Assembly (NCBI GenBank): GCA_004022145.1 | Contig: RCNU01000020.1 | Source: Paecilomyces variotii | Lineage: Eukaryota | Length of the DNA stretch: 64,000 nt | Reading direction: 5' to 3' (one strand) | In this document: in pieces, positions 12,528 through 28,959 of the stretch | How the letters are laid out: each line of letters starts with the position of its first letter | Numbering within the stretch: position 1 is the first letter of the stretch | The notes under the pieces: generated by a model | Databases searched by the model: none | Told to the model about the DNA's origin: nothing | Seen by the model: the letters and a program-made list of their open reading frames with translations, nothing else | Position numbers and translations under genes: made by a program

Positions 12528-14290
12528 GGCTGCTCTTCTTCTGGTAGACTAGATATCAATGGTATGTATGTACGTCTGTAGAATGGCGACGCGCGATCTC
12601 CCGTGTTTCTACCGGAGATCCTCTATTATATCATCTGCAGGTGGACTTTGCCTAGGTATTCTAATATTGATTAATTAACGACTGATCATTTTCCCGGCCC
12701 GTCGGAAGATCCAACGTTTCTCCCCACTCAATAATCCCTTCTCTTTCTTTCCGTACTTGAAGTATGGACCAACCAGTTTGCTATCCCAAGGATGGAACTT
12801 TATGGCATCTATCACGTAATTCACCGTCGATATGGCATATGGTAGTAGTTGGTACTTGTTGTTCCTTCTATGGCACCATCATACTCCCGTGTAAGCCAAG
12901 ATTCCGCTCGCCCTAACTCAGAGTATTCCGTTTCTCTCGATCCTGTCGGCCGGAAACATTAAATGACGACTAAGCTTCTGTTAGATGGTGTTTTTCGACG
13001 TCTATCTTGATAGGGAGATCTTATCGATCTAGTCTACTGTCCAGTGGTCAAGTGAGGGGTCACCACGCGCCATTTACAGGGTAACTAGGTACCTAATGTA
13101 TCGAAACGTTGTTACTGCTGTGATCCCTCTTCATGCATATACCTCATGTTTCAGTTTCAGAGCTCATTTAGCAACTCATAGAATTATCCCTTCTGGTTGA
13201 GCGGGTGCGCTCATATGATATACTAGTCAAGGTTAGGTCTATATTCTGTGTGGTATGGTGAATTTGCGCATTCCAATCAAGTCTAGGGGCCAATTGCACC
13301 ACGCCCTTGCAGCAACACTATCGAGATAAGACCGATTATGTGGGTATGATGACTCTCCTAGAGCACATTCAGAATGATATTCGGATCATCATCTGAAATT
13401 CTTCGGGTGGCTCGCGGTACTCTCAGCCCAGCCTTCTCAACCAACCCCTTCAGAGAACCTGCCGACTTGAGAAGATAAAGGAGACGACGCCTGGGATCCC
13501 TGGAAAATAATGTTGCTATACACCCTCTGTCTATTGTCCTATAGAGCATAGCTCGTGAACGCTTTCCGCAAGACCGTTATTATCCTGCCGATTGGGCATC
13601 TCTTTTATCCACGTCTCGTTTTTACTAGCCGTTGATATCTACAAGATGTTGTTTTCAGGAACATGGCTCGCATGGACCTCCATGCTGGTGCTCTCCACAG
13701 TTGTCAATAGCTCTCCGATCCCTCCTACAGTAAGCTTCACTTCTGAACCCTCCTCTTTAATGAGGCTTTGAACAACCCCAAGCTCTAATACTGGTACACC
13801 ATGAAACCTGGCTGACACTGACCTCAGGATGCCCCGAGTCCCATCCACCCGAACATCGACAACACCCCACGTATCGGTATCCCCGAGTCAAGCATGCACC
13901 ATTCACCCCAGGAAGTGCGTCGTGACCCTCAATTGCAGGGTTCTGACCTCTTGAGCGCGCTCTTAAAGGGTGGTGCCCTGGACAAGGCACTTCAGTCGGC
14001 AACCCAGGTCTAAGCTGAGAAAGAAAATTCAGCGGGAGAAGAAGAGAAAAAACGATCCAGATGAAATCCACCAATTGAGATTCATGGTACCATCTGGTAC
14101 CTAGCTTGGGGATTCCTATAGTTGCTGGTGATAGCCCGACTATAACGAATATTGGACTGAAGCCCAAGCAATTCTGCTGACGACGACGATGATGGAATGT
14201 TATACTTAGATGCGATTAGAAAGTAAAGTTACCATTGACAAACAAGACCAAGAGAGTAGAGACAAAAACATACTGGGTATTGTAACGAAA

Positions 14291-16676
<2,386 letters not shown>

Positions 16677-17015
16677 TCAGTCAAATCAACGAAGAGCCAT
16701 CAGCTTGGTGTTCACGAACATTTACAAATATTCGCCTGAGCTTATTTTGATGCTAAAGCCTGGTCACAGCATTCCTCTAACCAGCGATCGATCTGTTTTA
16801 TTTTTTCCCGCAGCTAGTACTTTCTGTCGCGTGGCGCTTTCTTGAGGTCATAACACGGTTCTCTGAGGTAATGTTGGAGGAGTGCGGACATTAATTCCTA
16901 CCCAGAACATCGGAACCCGCACACCGTCATACATGCGTGACCCAAAGTAGCCAGATATTAAGAGAAGTTTCTTCCAGAAGGGCTGTTCTACTCCCGCTGA
17001 CTCCCCAGAAGCACA

Positions 17016-19468
<2,453 letters not shown>

Positions 19469-19829
19469 AGACAAAATGCATTTTTGGCAGGTTTTATACT
19501 TCATTACCATCTATACGATGGAAAGCCAGAAATCCAAATAAATAAAGTATTGAGCATAATATGCACCAGTGTTAGTTTCGCATTACTTGATCGACATATG
19601 TCTTAAAAGTTAATATCAGCTCTTCTGGGCTCGGGGATATCATTCGGCTCCTTGGAATCCCTTCGTAGGATGTCGCTACTTAACATCAAATTTCTCGACG
19701 GGGATAATTCTTATACTATCAGAATGTATGCCTTTGTTGGGACCGAAAGGGTTTCTTCCGGGCAGCAGCCCTGCCTAGAGAATATTAATGCTGATATAAA
19801 ATTATGTCGGCGTACAAAGCAAACGCCAG

Positions 19830-20515
19830 GTGCGCCGGAAGTATATTCCTCGCCGGTGACGCAGCTCACATCCCAACCGAGGAGGCCACAGCGCGAATGG
19901 TCATGATCTAGCGAGGAAGCTTTCTTACGTTAGCTGCAGAGCTGTTACACTTATGACACCGAACAACAACCAATAGCTTGATTGAGATAAATGTTCGCTC
20001 GGCGAGATTTCAAGGCTCATCTCAAGAATCCTGATGCCAGCAACCAGCCACCAATTGACAACGACGCGATGCAATTCGGTCAATTATACCGATCAGATGC
20101 AGTTCTCGACGCACCCGGAGATCGTCCACCTCCTATGCGTCCAGAACGGTGGACAGGTCACCCGGGAACTCGCGCGCCGCACCTATGGCTAACACGACAA
20201 GGAGAGCGTATATCAACGCTCGATCTCTTCCAGCACGAATGGATTCTCCTGTCCGAATCGGATGCCTGGAGTAAATATATGGAGCAGGCGCGACAGGCGT
20301 TGCAACTAAGTATTAAGCACGTGCATATCGGTGTGGATGTGCAGCCTGAGGATTTGACAGCGTTCCGTGATGCCTTTGGCATATCATCAAAAGGAGCATC
20401 GCTTGTTCGACCGGATGGTTATGTGGCATGGCGTACGTTTGATACGCCTTCTGATCCGCGTGCAGCTTTGGAAAAATCTCTGCGTCAAGCTTCATTTGGG
20501 AAGGGGAAGGACTGA
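19830..20515 (+). pseudogene. Remnant of an FAD-dependent aromatic monooxygenase (FAD_binding_3, phenol hydroxylase/RdmE-like)
   Basis: GSIFLAGDAAHI at about 19837-19872 is followed by frameshifted 'HDLARKL', then an intact C-terminal ORF 19991-20515 (PGTRAPHLWL..ISTLDLF..GASLVRPDGYVAWR). No N-terminal GxGxxG domain was found upstream. Confidence 0.75.
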
Positions 20516-20809
20516 GCCTTCTGCATAGCGAATATTCTACCAAATGGGGACCAATTAGTTTATGATTTCAATATACGGTGCGAGATCCACTCCCCCAAGT
20601 CAAAACATCATCCCTGTGACATGTGTCAACTGGTCTCTTATGGATGCCTTGTTCTTTTAATCGGTCCTTAAAGCTATTATTCAACTTTTTGTCGCGGTAT
20701 ATGGATTCATTGTAATTGTTGATTACATTTATGGGAAAGGAATAGTCTTCCTCTGCAGTATATAGTGACGAACACACGTTTCTGGTGGACATACGGCCAC
20801 ATGGGACGA

Positions 20810-22063
20810 CTACTGGATGTCCTTGATTCCCGCGGCGAGACTGTCTTCCAGACTGGTCCATCCGGGTCGTCCAAAGAAGTCGCGGATCAGTTGCTCCGCT
20901 CTCTTAGATGGCCGGATGTCGCTCAAATCCCGTCCTTCATTCTCAGGAGGATCGGGGAGCTTCCTCTGCGGACGAAGCTTTCGGAGGATGCCAATGACAT
21001 CCGTCCAGTTCTGCGGCGCAGCAAAGGCAAACAGACGTTCTGACTTGACATCAGGGTCAAGGAGAGCAATCACATGGAGACGTGCAGTGTCTTCCACATC
21101 AACGAACCACTCTGTGGATGATATGAATACCGTTAGCAGTGCGGACAAAAGATACGCCAGGGCAACGAAACTTACGGGGAGGAAGCAGTTTCATGACAGA
21201 ATCGTCTCCGTTAAAGAGGTTGCGTGTCCATCCCATGGTGGATCCGCTGATTTCAGGAGCCAGAATCCTGCCGTACTATCGAAGACGGTTTAATATCCAG
21301 CCGCAAACAACATAGTCGGAATACTTACATTCATATTGGGCAGTATAGTGTTGAAGACGAATCCAGGCTTGTTTTCCTTAACCCAGTTCCATGATTGGCG
21401 TTCTGCTTCCGTCTTCGAAGCTGCGTATACGGGGTATGCTTTCTGCTCCGCAGGGATAGACTCATCCCAGGCCATCTTCACAGCCGCGTCGTTCCAAGTA
21501 TCTAGGATTATTGTTAGATACAGAATTCCGAACGGACTCAGTGAAGATTAATACTCACCCTCAGTCACCACAATGCCCTCCGCGTTTGGTTGCGGGATCA
21601 GAGCTGCCGAGGAGGACGAGGTCAGCACGACACGCTTTACCGACGGCTCCTTGGCCGCCGCCTTGAGGGCGTTGATCGCGCCTCCAACGACCTTGGGGAT
21701 GACGGCGTTGGGGTCCGATTGCATTGAAGTATCAGATGCCTAGTTTCCATCAGCCATCGCGTTGGTACGAGAATCGACCAGCCATGAAACACATACAACA
21801 TGCACTACTCCGGCCACACCCTGGATGGCCGAGTCAAAGGCGCCTTCTTTCTCCATCGCCTCCACGACAACACTCTCAAACTTGCCCTTCCCATACTTGT
21901 TCTCAAATAGACGGTCGAGCCATGGCTTCTCCGATCGGACGGTTCCACGGACAATGTAACCCAGTTCCAATAGAAGGTCGACTACATTGGAAGCGAGGTA
22001 GCCATTTGCACCAGTAACGAGGATGCGAGACCCTTTCGGAATGGCATATTCTTTGACGGCCAT
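20810..22063 (-). CDS. NADPH-dependent aldehyde reductase II / extended SDR (GRE2/ARI1-like), multi-exon
   Basis: ILVTGANGYLAS, VRGTVRS, KRVVLTSSS, YAASK (YxxxK) and WFVDVEDTARLHV. Exon pieces match ORFs 21740-22063, 21290-21481 and 20810-21148. Confidence 0.88.
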
Positions 22064-23155
22064 TATGGTATGGGACGGTCTATAGTCACGATTCCTATCT
22101 GGCTTCTGAATGCTCTAGTTCAAGGGACCCTGCGGCGAGAGCGTTCTATCATATAATAATAAAATAACCGTTGACATCATGGCGCAACCCATTAATCAGA
22201 ATCGTGTTGGTCGGGAAGCGGATCCTCTAGATTCTAGCCATGGACAGGCCTCCATTTTCCGCCTAAAATCGAGCGGTCGAATTCTGTCTCTCTGTGGATA
22301 AGAAATATTATCAAGCATAGCGAACTGGTGAAGTTAACTGGTTCGTTCCTCTTGCTGGGAGATTTGTCAGCTGTGGTCGTAGATAACCATTTAACTCCGG
22401 GCAAAATCCGCTCTTCTGTCCAAGTGTGAGATGATCATCGTGATATCTAGTGTCTGTGAGAGCGAGATATACGATACTCCTCCGAATGAATACACTCTTT
22501 GTCGGCGAAAAAAGCCCAAGGATATAATTATCGACGGCCTCACAATGTGAAAAAGAGGCAGCACAGAAACGATTGCAAGGCGGGGTCAGCATCTCCACGA
22601 TGAAGCGATCGACAATGTCTGCAGACAGAGAACAGCAGCATTTATCATTCTAGGCCATCACCCGATCAATCGACCGAGAGATTGCACATGAAAAGCTTTT
22701 TTCGACGCATCCAAGTCGCTGAGCTGGAACGCAAACTCACGAGACTCGCGAGTGACTGCATCGCCTAGTGCGATCACCGACTTTCGCAGTATCGCTCGCC
22801 TATAGAAGTATCAGATGCGCATTCGTGAAGATCAAGCTAATGATAATGACAAGTATCTGCTATCTACGCCAATGCGGCATCTTCAATAATGAAAACAGTC
22901 GTGTGCGTTGATTCTGTAGGTAGACAGTGATATAACTACTGTACGATTTTAGGTTGCGCAGCTTATCCGACAGGCCGAGGTTCCTCAGGATCTATTATGC
23001 GGGGATCCTGAGCTTGGCGACAATATAGAAGCATCTGCTCAATGTAGTATGTTTACTGATCTGCTCCGACCATTCTGGTGATTATATGTGATTCAATCGT
23101 TGTTGTTTTTGATATCTATCCACATCTGATGACAAGCACTACCACCACTAACAGG

Positions 23156-25096
23156 ATGAAGCCATCTTCGTCTACTGACGGATTCTTCCAACCCATGCCA
23201 ACAGTACATCCAGCGTATACATTCGAGTCAACTCAATCTCCAGAACAGAGCTCGCGTCTTCCATCCGATGATGTCGCGTTCGCTAGAATCATCGAGCTCT
23301 ATCTACCTCGTAATTCTGCTCATGTACGCGCTTCCATTCACAGACTTGCTCGCCGTGCCCTGGATCCGTCAGTTCTTCGTCTAGCTACCGATGCAGAATT
23401 AAACACTCCCACTCTGCGACCCCTCACCACATTCGGCGAGGAAAATCGCGTCGATCCACTCTGGACCGGAGAAGGTTGGAGGACTCTCAAAGCCATTGGC
23501 CAGGAGGAGGGGCTTGTCACGGTGGGATACGAAGAGAACAACAATGTCTGCAATCGACGGGTGCATCAATTCGCATTGAATCATGTCTGGGCCAGTAGTG
23601 CTGCGATGACAGGATGTCCGGCGTCGATGACGGACGGTGCAGCAAAGCTACTGGCCTCTCATCTCAAAGACCCTGATGGCGATCAGCCCGGACGTGGAAC
23701 AGTACTTCGGGAATCGTACCGGAGATTAATTTCGCGGGATACTACTATCGCCTGGACAGCGGGTCAGTGGATGACGGAGAGAACTGGCGGTAGCGATGTA
23801 CGAGGGACAGAGACAGTCGCGCGACGGTTAACTACTGAGGAATTGACCAGAGCTGCAGAACTAGGGAAGGCTCATGACGCCCATGAATTGCCACTAGGAC
23901 CATGGCAGATCGACGGCTTTAAGTGGTTCAGTAGCGCGACAGACTCAGATATGGCACTCCTCCTGGCCCAAACGGGCAAAGGCCTGTCTTTATTCTATGT
24001 TCCCCTACGACGGCGCGCAGGAGCACATACAAACGGCACCGAGCTGAATGGTATTCGGATCCAGCGGCTGAAGAACAAGATCGGGACAAGATCCCTCCCC
24101 ACCGCGGAGCTGGAATTGAACGGAGTCCGGGGCTGGTTGATCGGAGAAGAAGGCAGAGGTGTGAAAGAAATCGCGACCATCCTCAACATGACCCGTCTAT
24201 ACACCGCCAGTTCTTCTACTGCAGGCTGGGGTAGATCTTTGTCCCTATGTCGGGGATTTACAAGAACTCGCAAGACCCAGGGAATTCTCCTTCGAGATAA
24301 CCAACAGCATGTCCGATGGATGGCCGGCGAGACAGTCAAGTACTGGGCAGCGTTGCATTTCACCTTCTTCGGCGTAGCCTTGCAAGGCGTCATAGAACAA
24401 GACTGGGACGCGGTGGCTCGGAAGACGAAAGCTGCTGGTTTAATTCCACAAGACCGTACCAAAGCCATGCGACTCCTTCGGTTGATCCTCCCCGTTATGA
24501 AGGCGCGCGTTAGCGTCGCTGCGGTGGAAAGTCTTCGTAACTGCATGGAATGTCTGGGCGGTGTCGGCTATTGTGAGAACAATGAAGATGGGGGACTCTT
24601 AAACATCGCGAAGATATTTCGTGATATCCTTGTCAATCCAATATGGGAGGGCACAGTAAGCGTCATGGCTGAGGACGTAGTGCGGGTTATCACGGACCAA
24701 CGCCTGGAGGGCGGACGAGTTCTCGAGACAGTCCTGGGGAGCTGGGTCAGAGAGATCCTAGCAACATGCCGACACAGGTTCGCCGATGAATGTGGAACCG
24801 CTGAGAAGAGGCTTCATATTCTGCTTGCCGTGACATCGGGCCGTGACAGATCGGAGCTTCTCTGGAGAGGCAGGGAGCTTCTCGATCATCTGGAGGCTAT
24901 CGTCTGCTCTTGTTTACTGATGTATGACGCCTGCTCGGATAACGATGAAATCGCTACGGCTGTCGCATCCAGGTGGGTCACTTCAAAGGCTCTTCCTACC
25001 GATCAGATCTCTGGATCCCGGGATTGGAAGCAGGAGTCTGCTATGGATAGAAAGATCTTCCTGGGGGCTGACACAGGGTTCCAATCCAAGCTATAA
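23156..25096 (+). CDS. AidB-like acyl-CoA dehydrogenase with a C-terminal PTS1 (SKL)
   Basis: Intronless ORF (open from 23078). Motifs GCPASMTDGAA, GQWMTERTGGSDV, GFKWFSSA, RLKNKIGTRSLPTAELEL, ECLGGVGY and PIWEGT; ends FQSKL*. Confidence 0.9.
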   Translation: MKPSSSTDGFFQPMPTVHPAYTFESTQSPEQSSRLPSDDVAFARIIELYLPRNSAHVRASIHRLARRALDPSVLRLATDAELNTPTLRPLTTFGEENRVDPLWTGEGWRTLKAIGQEEGLVTVGYEENNNVCNRRVHQFALNHVWASSAAMTGCPASMTDGAAKLLASHLKDPDGDQPGRGTVLRESYRRLISRDTTIAWTAGQWMTERTGGSDVRGTETVARRLTTEELTRAAELGKAHDAHELPLGPWQIDGFKWFSSATDSDMALLLAQTGKGLSLFYVPLRRRAGAHTNGTELNGIRIQRLKNKIGTRSLPTAELELNGVRGWLIGEEGRGVKEIATILNMTRLYTASSSTAGWGRSLSLCRGFTRTRKTQGILLRDNQQHVRWMAGETVKYWAALHFTFFGVALQGVIEQDWDAVARKTKAAGLIPQDRTKAMRLLRLILPVMKARVSVAAVESLRNCMECLGGVGYCENNEDGGLLNIAKIFRDILVNPIWEGTVSVMAEDVVRVITDQRLEGGRVLETVLGSWVREILATCRHRFADECGTAEKRLHILLAVTSGRDRSELLWRGRELLDHLEAIVCSCLLMYDACSDNDEIATAVASRWVTSKALPTDQISGSRDWKQESAMDRKIFLGADTGFQSKL

Positions 25097-25333
25097 GGAT
25101 GTTTTCACATGTCTTGTGGCAAGCCCTCTATGAGAAATGTACAATGAAGTAAGTTAACAAATCATAAGTAGTTCTAGTTATGTTTCTAGGAATGATACCA
25201 GAGTCCATCATCAGCCGTATGTTCATTTTGTGAATCTAGAGTATTTTCATCACGTATATCATGTATATCAACATTTGGAACTCGTGACGCAGGATAGTCT
25301 AGATCTCGTTCTCAAGAGGCCCACCTTCCCCAT

Positions 25334-26752
25334 CTAGTTCTTGAAGGCTTCGGCAGCGGGCAAGGTTTTAGGAAGATCAGTACGGGCGGTTTTCTGAATC
25401 AGATGGCCGAACGAGGGAGCATACGCAACGCGAGGAGTGAAGGGCTCGAAGTCCCACAGGTCACCCAGAGTGCGCAGAAGGGAGGAGGCGGAGTAAGAAA
25501 CGGTCTTGCCCTCCGAGTTCTTGGCCTGCTGCTCAACGTAGGCCTTTTCGACCCAGTTGGAGATCAGGAAGGTAGGGACACGGCCACCGACACGGTTGAA
25601 TGGCAGGGTGTATTCCTTGCCATCGGGAGTGCTGGTGGTGTAGCTAAGGTTGTCGGGAGCGGGAGCCAATGGCGGGGGCACGTGGTCGTGGAAGCCACCG
25701 GTCTCATCGAAAGAAATGAAGAACAGGGTGTTGTTCCACTGAGGCGAGGCAAGCAGAGACTCGTAGACTTTCTTCAGCAGGGCCTCACCGTCAGAGATCA
25801 GGCCAGACGGGTGCATAGAGTTGGTGCCAACACCGCAGCAAGAGGGGTTGATGTAGGTGAACTCGGGGAGCTTGCCCGCGGCGGCATCAGTGTAGAAGTT
25901 GGCAATGGGCTCAATGTTGTCGTAGTTGCCACTGTTGTAAGTCCAGTTAAAGAAGGCGGCGTCAGGGCCAGTACCACCGGCAGGGTCATAGTAGTTCTTC
26001 CAGGTGTGGCCGGTCTCGTTCAGCTGCTGGAAGATGGACCTCTGGGGGAAGCCGTGAACGCTCTGGTCGAAGGCAGCATCATTTGTACCGTGGCCATAAG
26101 AGGTTCCAGAGACCACATAAGCACGGTTAGGGTTTGTGGGCTGTCGAGATGTCAGCAAAACTCGGACATATCAACAGGAGGATGATCCGATTGCACATAC
26201 CCCAGGGACGTCGGAGTGCCAGTGGTTGAACGTAACAAAGTTCTGCACCAGGGCAGTAAGGACAGGAACCTGTTCCTCGGTGTAGTAGTTGAGCACCTGA
26301 GTGGCTAGCTCTGTCTTGTTTGCTGAGGAACCATATACACGAATCTGCTCGTGGACAAAACCCTTCTGGTTGGGCTTCAACTTGCCGGATGCAATGGCAC
26401 TGTTGTCAGGAGTGAACGAACCGAAAAATTCCAGGTTGTTCCCGTATACTGCATGGTCCGGGTCGTCGCTAATAGAGTCGTAGTCCTTAGCAGCACTGCA
26501 GACGATTCCTTCGGCGGGGTTGGTCAGATTATAGGGGTTGCAGAATGGGCCATTCTGGATCGGGTTCTCCAGGCCCTTGATGGTCTGACCGCCCAGCAGG
26601 TTGTCAACAGAACGGTTCTCCATAATAAGGACGACGACATTCTTGATCTTGTCCTTGAGGTTACTGGTGGATTGGGCATGTTCGGGGCGAGCAGGGACAG
26701 CCGTGGCCACCGCGGCGAAGGTCAAAAGACCCAGGAGAGCACTAGGATGCAT
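25334..26752 (-). CDS. Secreted phosphoesterase / non-specific phospholipase C
   Basis: Signal peptide MHPSALLGLLTFAAVATA. Motifs IKNVVVLIMENRSVDN, DPDH, DVPG|PTNPNR across intron 26200-26141, SMHP, FDETGGFHDHV and GGRVPTFLIS. Confidence 0.9.
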
Positions 26753-28792
26753 CTTGAGCAGAACTGTACGAGAGGCAAATGTAATAGCCTTGAATTGACA
26801 CGATGCTGCTGCACGAAAAAGAAGAAGACCTTGTCGACGGGCGGAGTCAGCTCGTTTTATACTCAAGTCTGTCCTCCAGCGTTATTGCCCCTTTCTGGCT
26901 TCATCGATCTGACTTAGCGGTGCCAACACCCGCATGGGCCAAAATTTCCTCAAGAGGAAGCTGTATAGCACCGCATAGAAGCAGCTCCGCGTGTGGATAC
27001 CTCGATGAAGCTTGCTTTCAAGATCCGAGCAGCCGGCGGAGTATTAAGTAGAAACAGCTCTCCAATCAGATGGATATCCATGTGCACGAGGGGAATGAAT
27101 TGATGACATGCCGATTGTGTTAGACCGATCTAGAGTGATCACGACTAAGTACTCGGCTGATTTACCGAGACGTCCCGCCGTTGTGGCTGTGAGCTGGCCG
27201 ATCCCGTGTTGCAGTGCAGTCCTGCCCTCCAGTGTAGCAAGTCATAATAATGGCACTGCATCTATCACAGGAATTGCTTTTGTCGATCTAGAATCCCACG
27301 GGCGTTGACAATGTAGAGTAAATGATAGGTCAATGGACAGGCAAGACGTATGCCATTCTACCCTTACCCGCTTGTCATGCTTTAAGGGAGCAGCTTCATT
27401 AGTACATAGCTCCGATTAAAGACGATAGGAATTACCCAGTGATTCAGTTGCCCGCGCTAGTGCTCTCTCAGATCTGGAGCCAGCGCTGCCAAGTAAATAT
27501 TCCGCGTCCCTGGAATGGCAAGCTTTGGCAGTTGACCACTCACCTCAGTCACAAATCTAATATACCAAACGCTTAGAGGTCGACCTGTCAGAGCGAGCAT
27601 ATCTCCATGTGCGGACGCGTCCCGCAGATTACTATGACTTTTCTGTATCGACAAGGGAGGTTCCTAGGTTTCTGGGGAGAAACCGTTCTTTCCGACCAAG
27701 TATACGCACGCCACAGATTCTAGAGCAATTCCAGAGTCCGGCGGGGCGTGCAAAGTTGAGATGCTCCCTTAGCTCCGCAGTCTCCACAGAGCTAATCTCA
27801 TAGACCCTGGGGTCTGTACTCTCGGGTCCTAATTGCAAGAATATCTAGGATTTCGGTGCTGCATGTCCACAGACAATCATAGCATGGTTAATAGTAAAGA
27901 ATTTTGCTAAACTTGTGTCACTCTACCTTCGATTCAGCGAAATAATATTCACTCATAGAGATGAGTGCCACACTGGCTTGTATACTGGAGCTCATTTAGG
28001 ACGGGTACTGTGACGGTTGGTACTCCACCACGTGGGAAGACAATCAAGGCCTGATGCCTCAACTTCCGATATTGCGGGGCCTCGGTATGAGATGTCGGCT
28101 CATGCCGCCAGTATCAAGTCGGCATATCAGTCGGGAATAAGCGACTCCTATTTCTTTGTCGACTGTCAGAACAGTGCACGGGATAGGTTCCTGCAGAGCG
28201 ATTGCTAGATTGCTCAACTACCCGGAAATGGCGGGAACAACATGTCGGGAATCTTCCGTAGGTAGAACGGTAGTAGCTACTGAGCCGTCTGTCCCTGACA
28301 TGGAAAAGCACGCAAGACGTTGTGCAGAATCAATTATTAGGGTTGTATGGAAGCCATCCGTGGTGACATTCGAATGTATCACGAACTGCCAAGCAAGCTT
28401 AAGCAAACTAAGCACAGCGCACGTGGGTCGAACTACCACAATAGGTGATACCATATTTAACGCCTTGGCCCGGCGAGTAGAATCTCCGCAACGGGTTTCC
28501 TGCTCTCTTCGAATCAGAACTCCCAGTAGGTACAACGTGATGGATTGACTTGCTTCTCATCGTCCTGCTCGCTTGACTGGCCGCACTTCCCGCCGTGATA
28601 TTAAGTACGGTGGACGGGTTGCCCCTTGCGGCCAAAATGTTGTTTGTATCCGTTAGTTTTTTATTGCCAAAATATAAACGCACTTATGAAATGAAATAAA
28701 ATAGATAAATAGGTAGCCAATTAACTCTTTAGTAAAGGAGTAAAAGAAGAATACTAGTTAGGTATCCTACGGCGGCCCGGAGAAGGTAGCCG

Positions 28793-28957
28793 GAGCCAAA
28801 ATCCGTGCTTATTATGGACAACGTATATTTCCATTATTCAGACTGGATCAAGGCCTCATGTGCTGACGCTGGAGCTGAATTGCCGTACCTGCGGCCTTGT
28901 TCGCCAAATTTCCACCCTATTGAGGATTTGTTTGGTCGAGCTGAAGGCCTAGTTAGT
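28793..28957 (+). mobile_element. Tc1/IS630-type (DDE_3) transposase fragment, interrupted by the Fot1 element
   Basis: Translates EPKSVLIMDNVYFHYSDWIKASCADAGAELPYLRPCSPNFHPIEDLF.., a degraded version of the DN..H..LPPYSPDLNPIE signature. An 'IKK'-like continuation (atcaagaaa) follows the right Fot1 end at about 31171. Confidence 0.75.
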
Positions 28958-28959
28958 TA

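Noticed and set aside
13100-14200. Several short ORFs between the CoA-binding gene and alpha-glucosidase A
   Set aside because: May be a decayed gene, but I could not find a consistent frame, splice pattern or family motif.
25403-26185. 260-aa ORF on the + strand
   Set aside because: Antisense shadow of the codon-biased phospholipase C exon; no motif of its own.
27400-28690. Cluster of short ORFs on both strands before the transposon nest
   Set aside because: No recognisable motifs or coherent exon structure.
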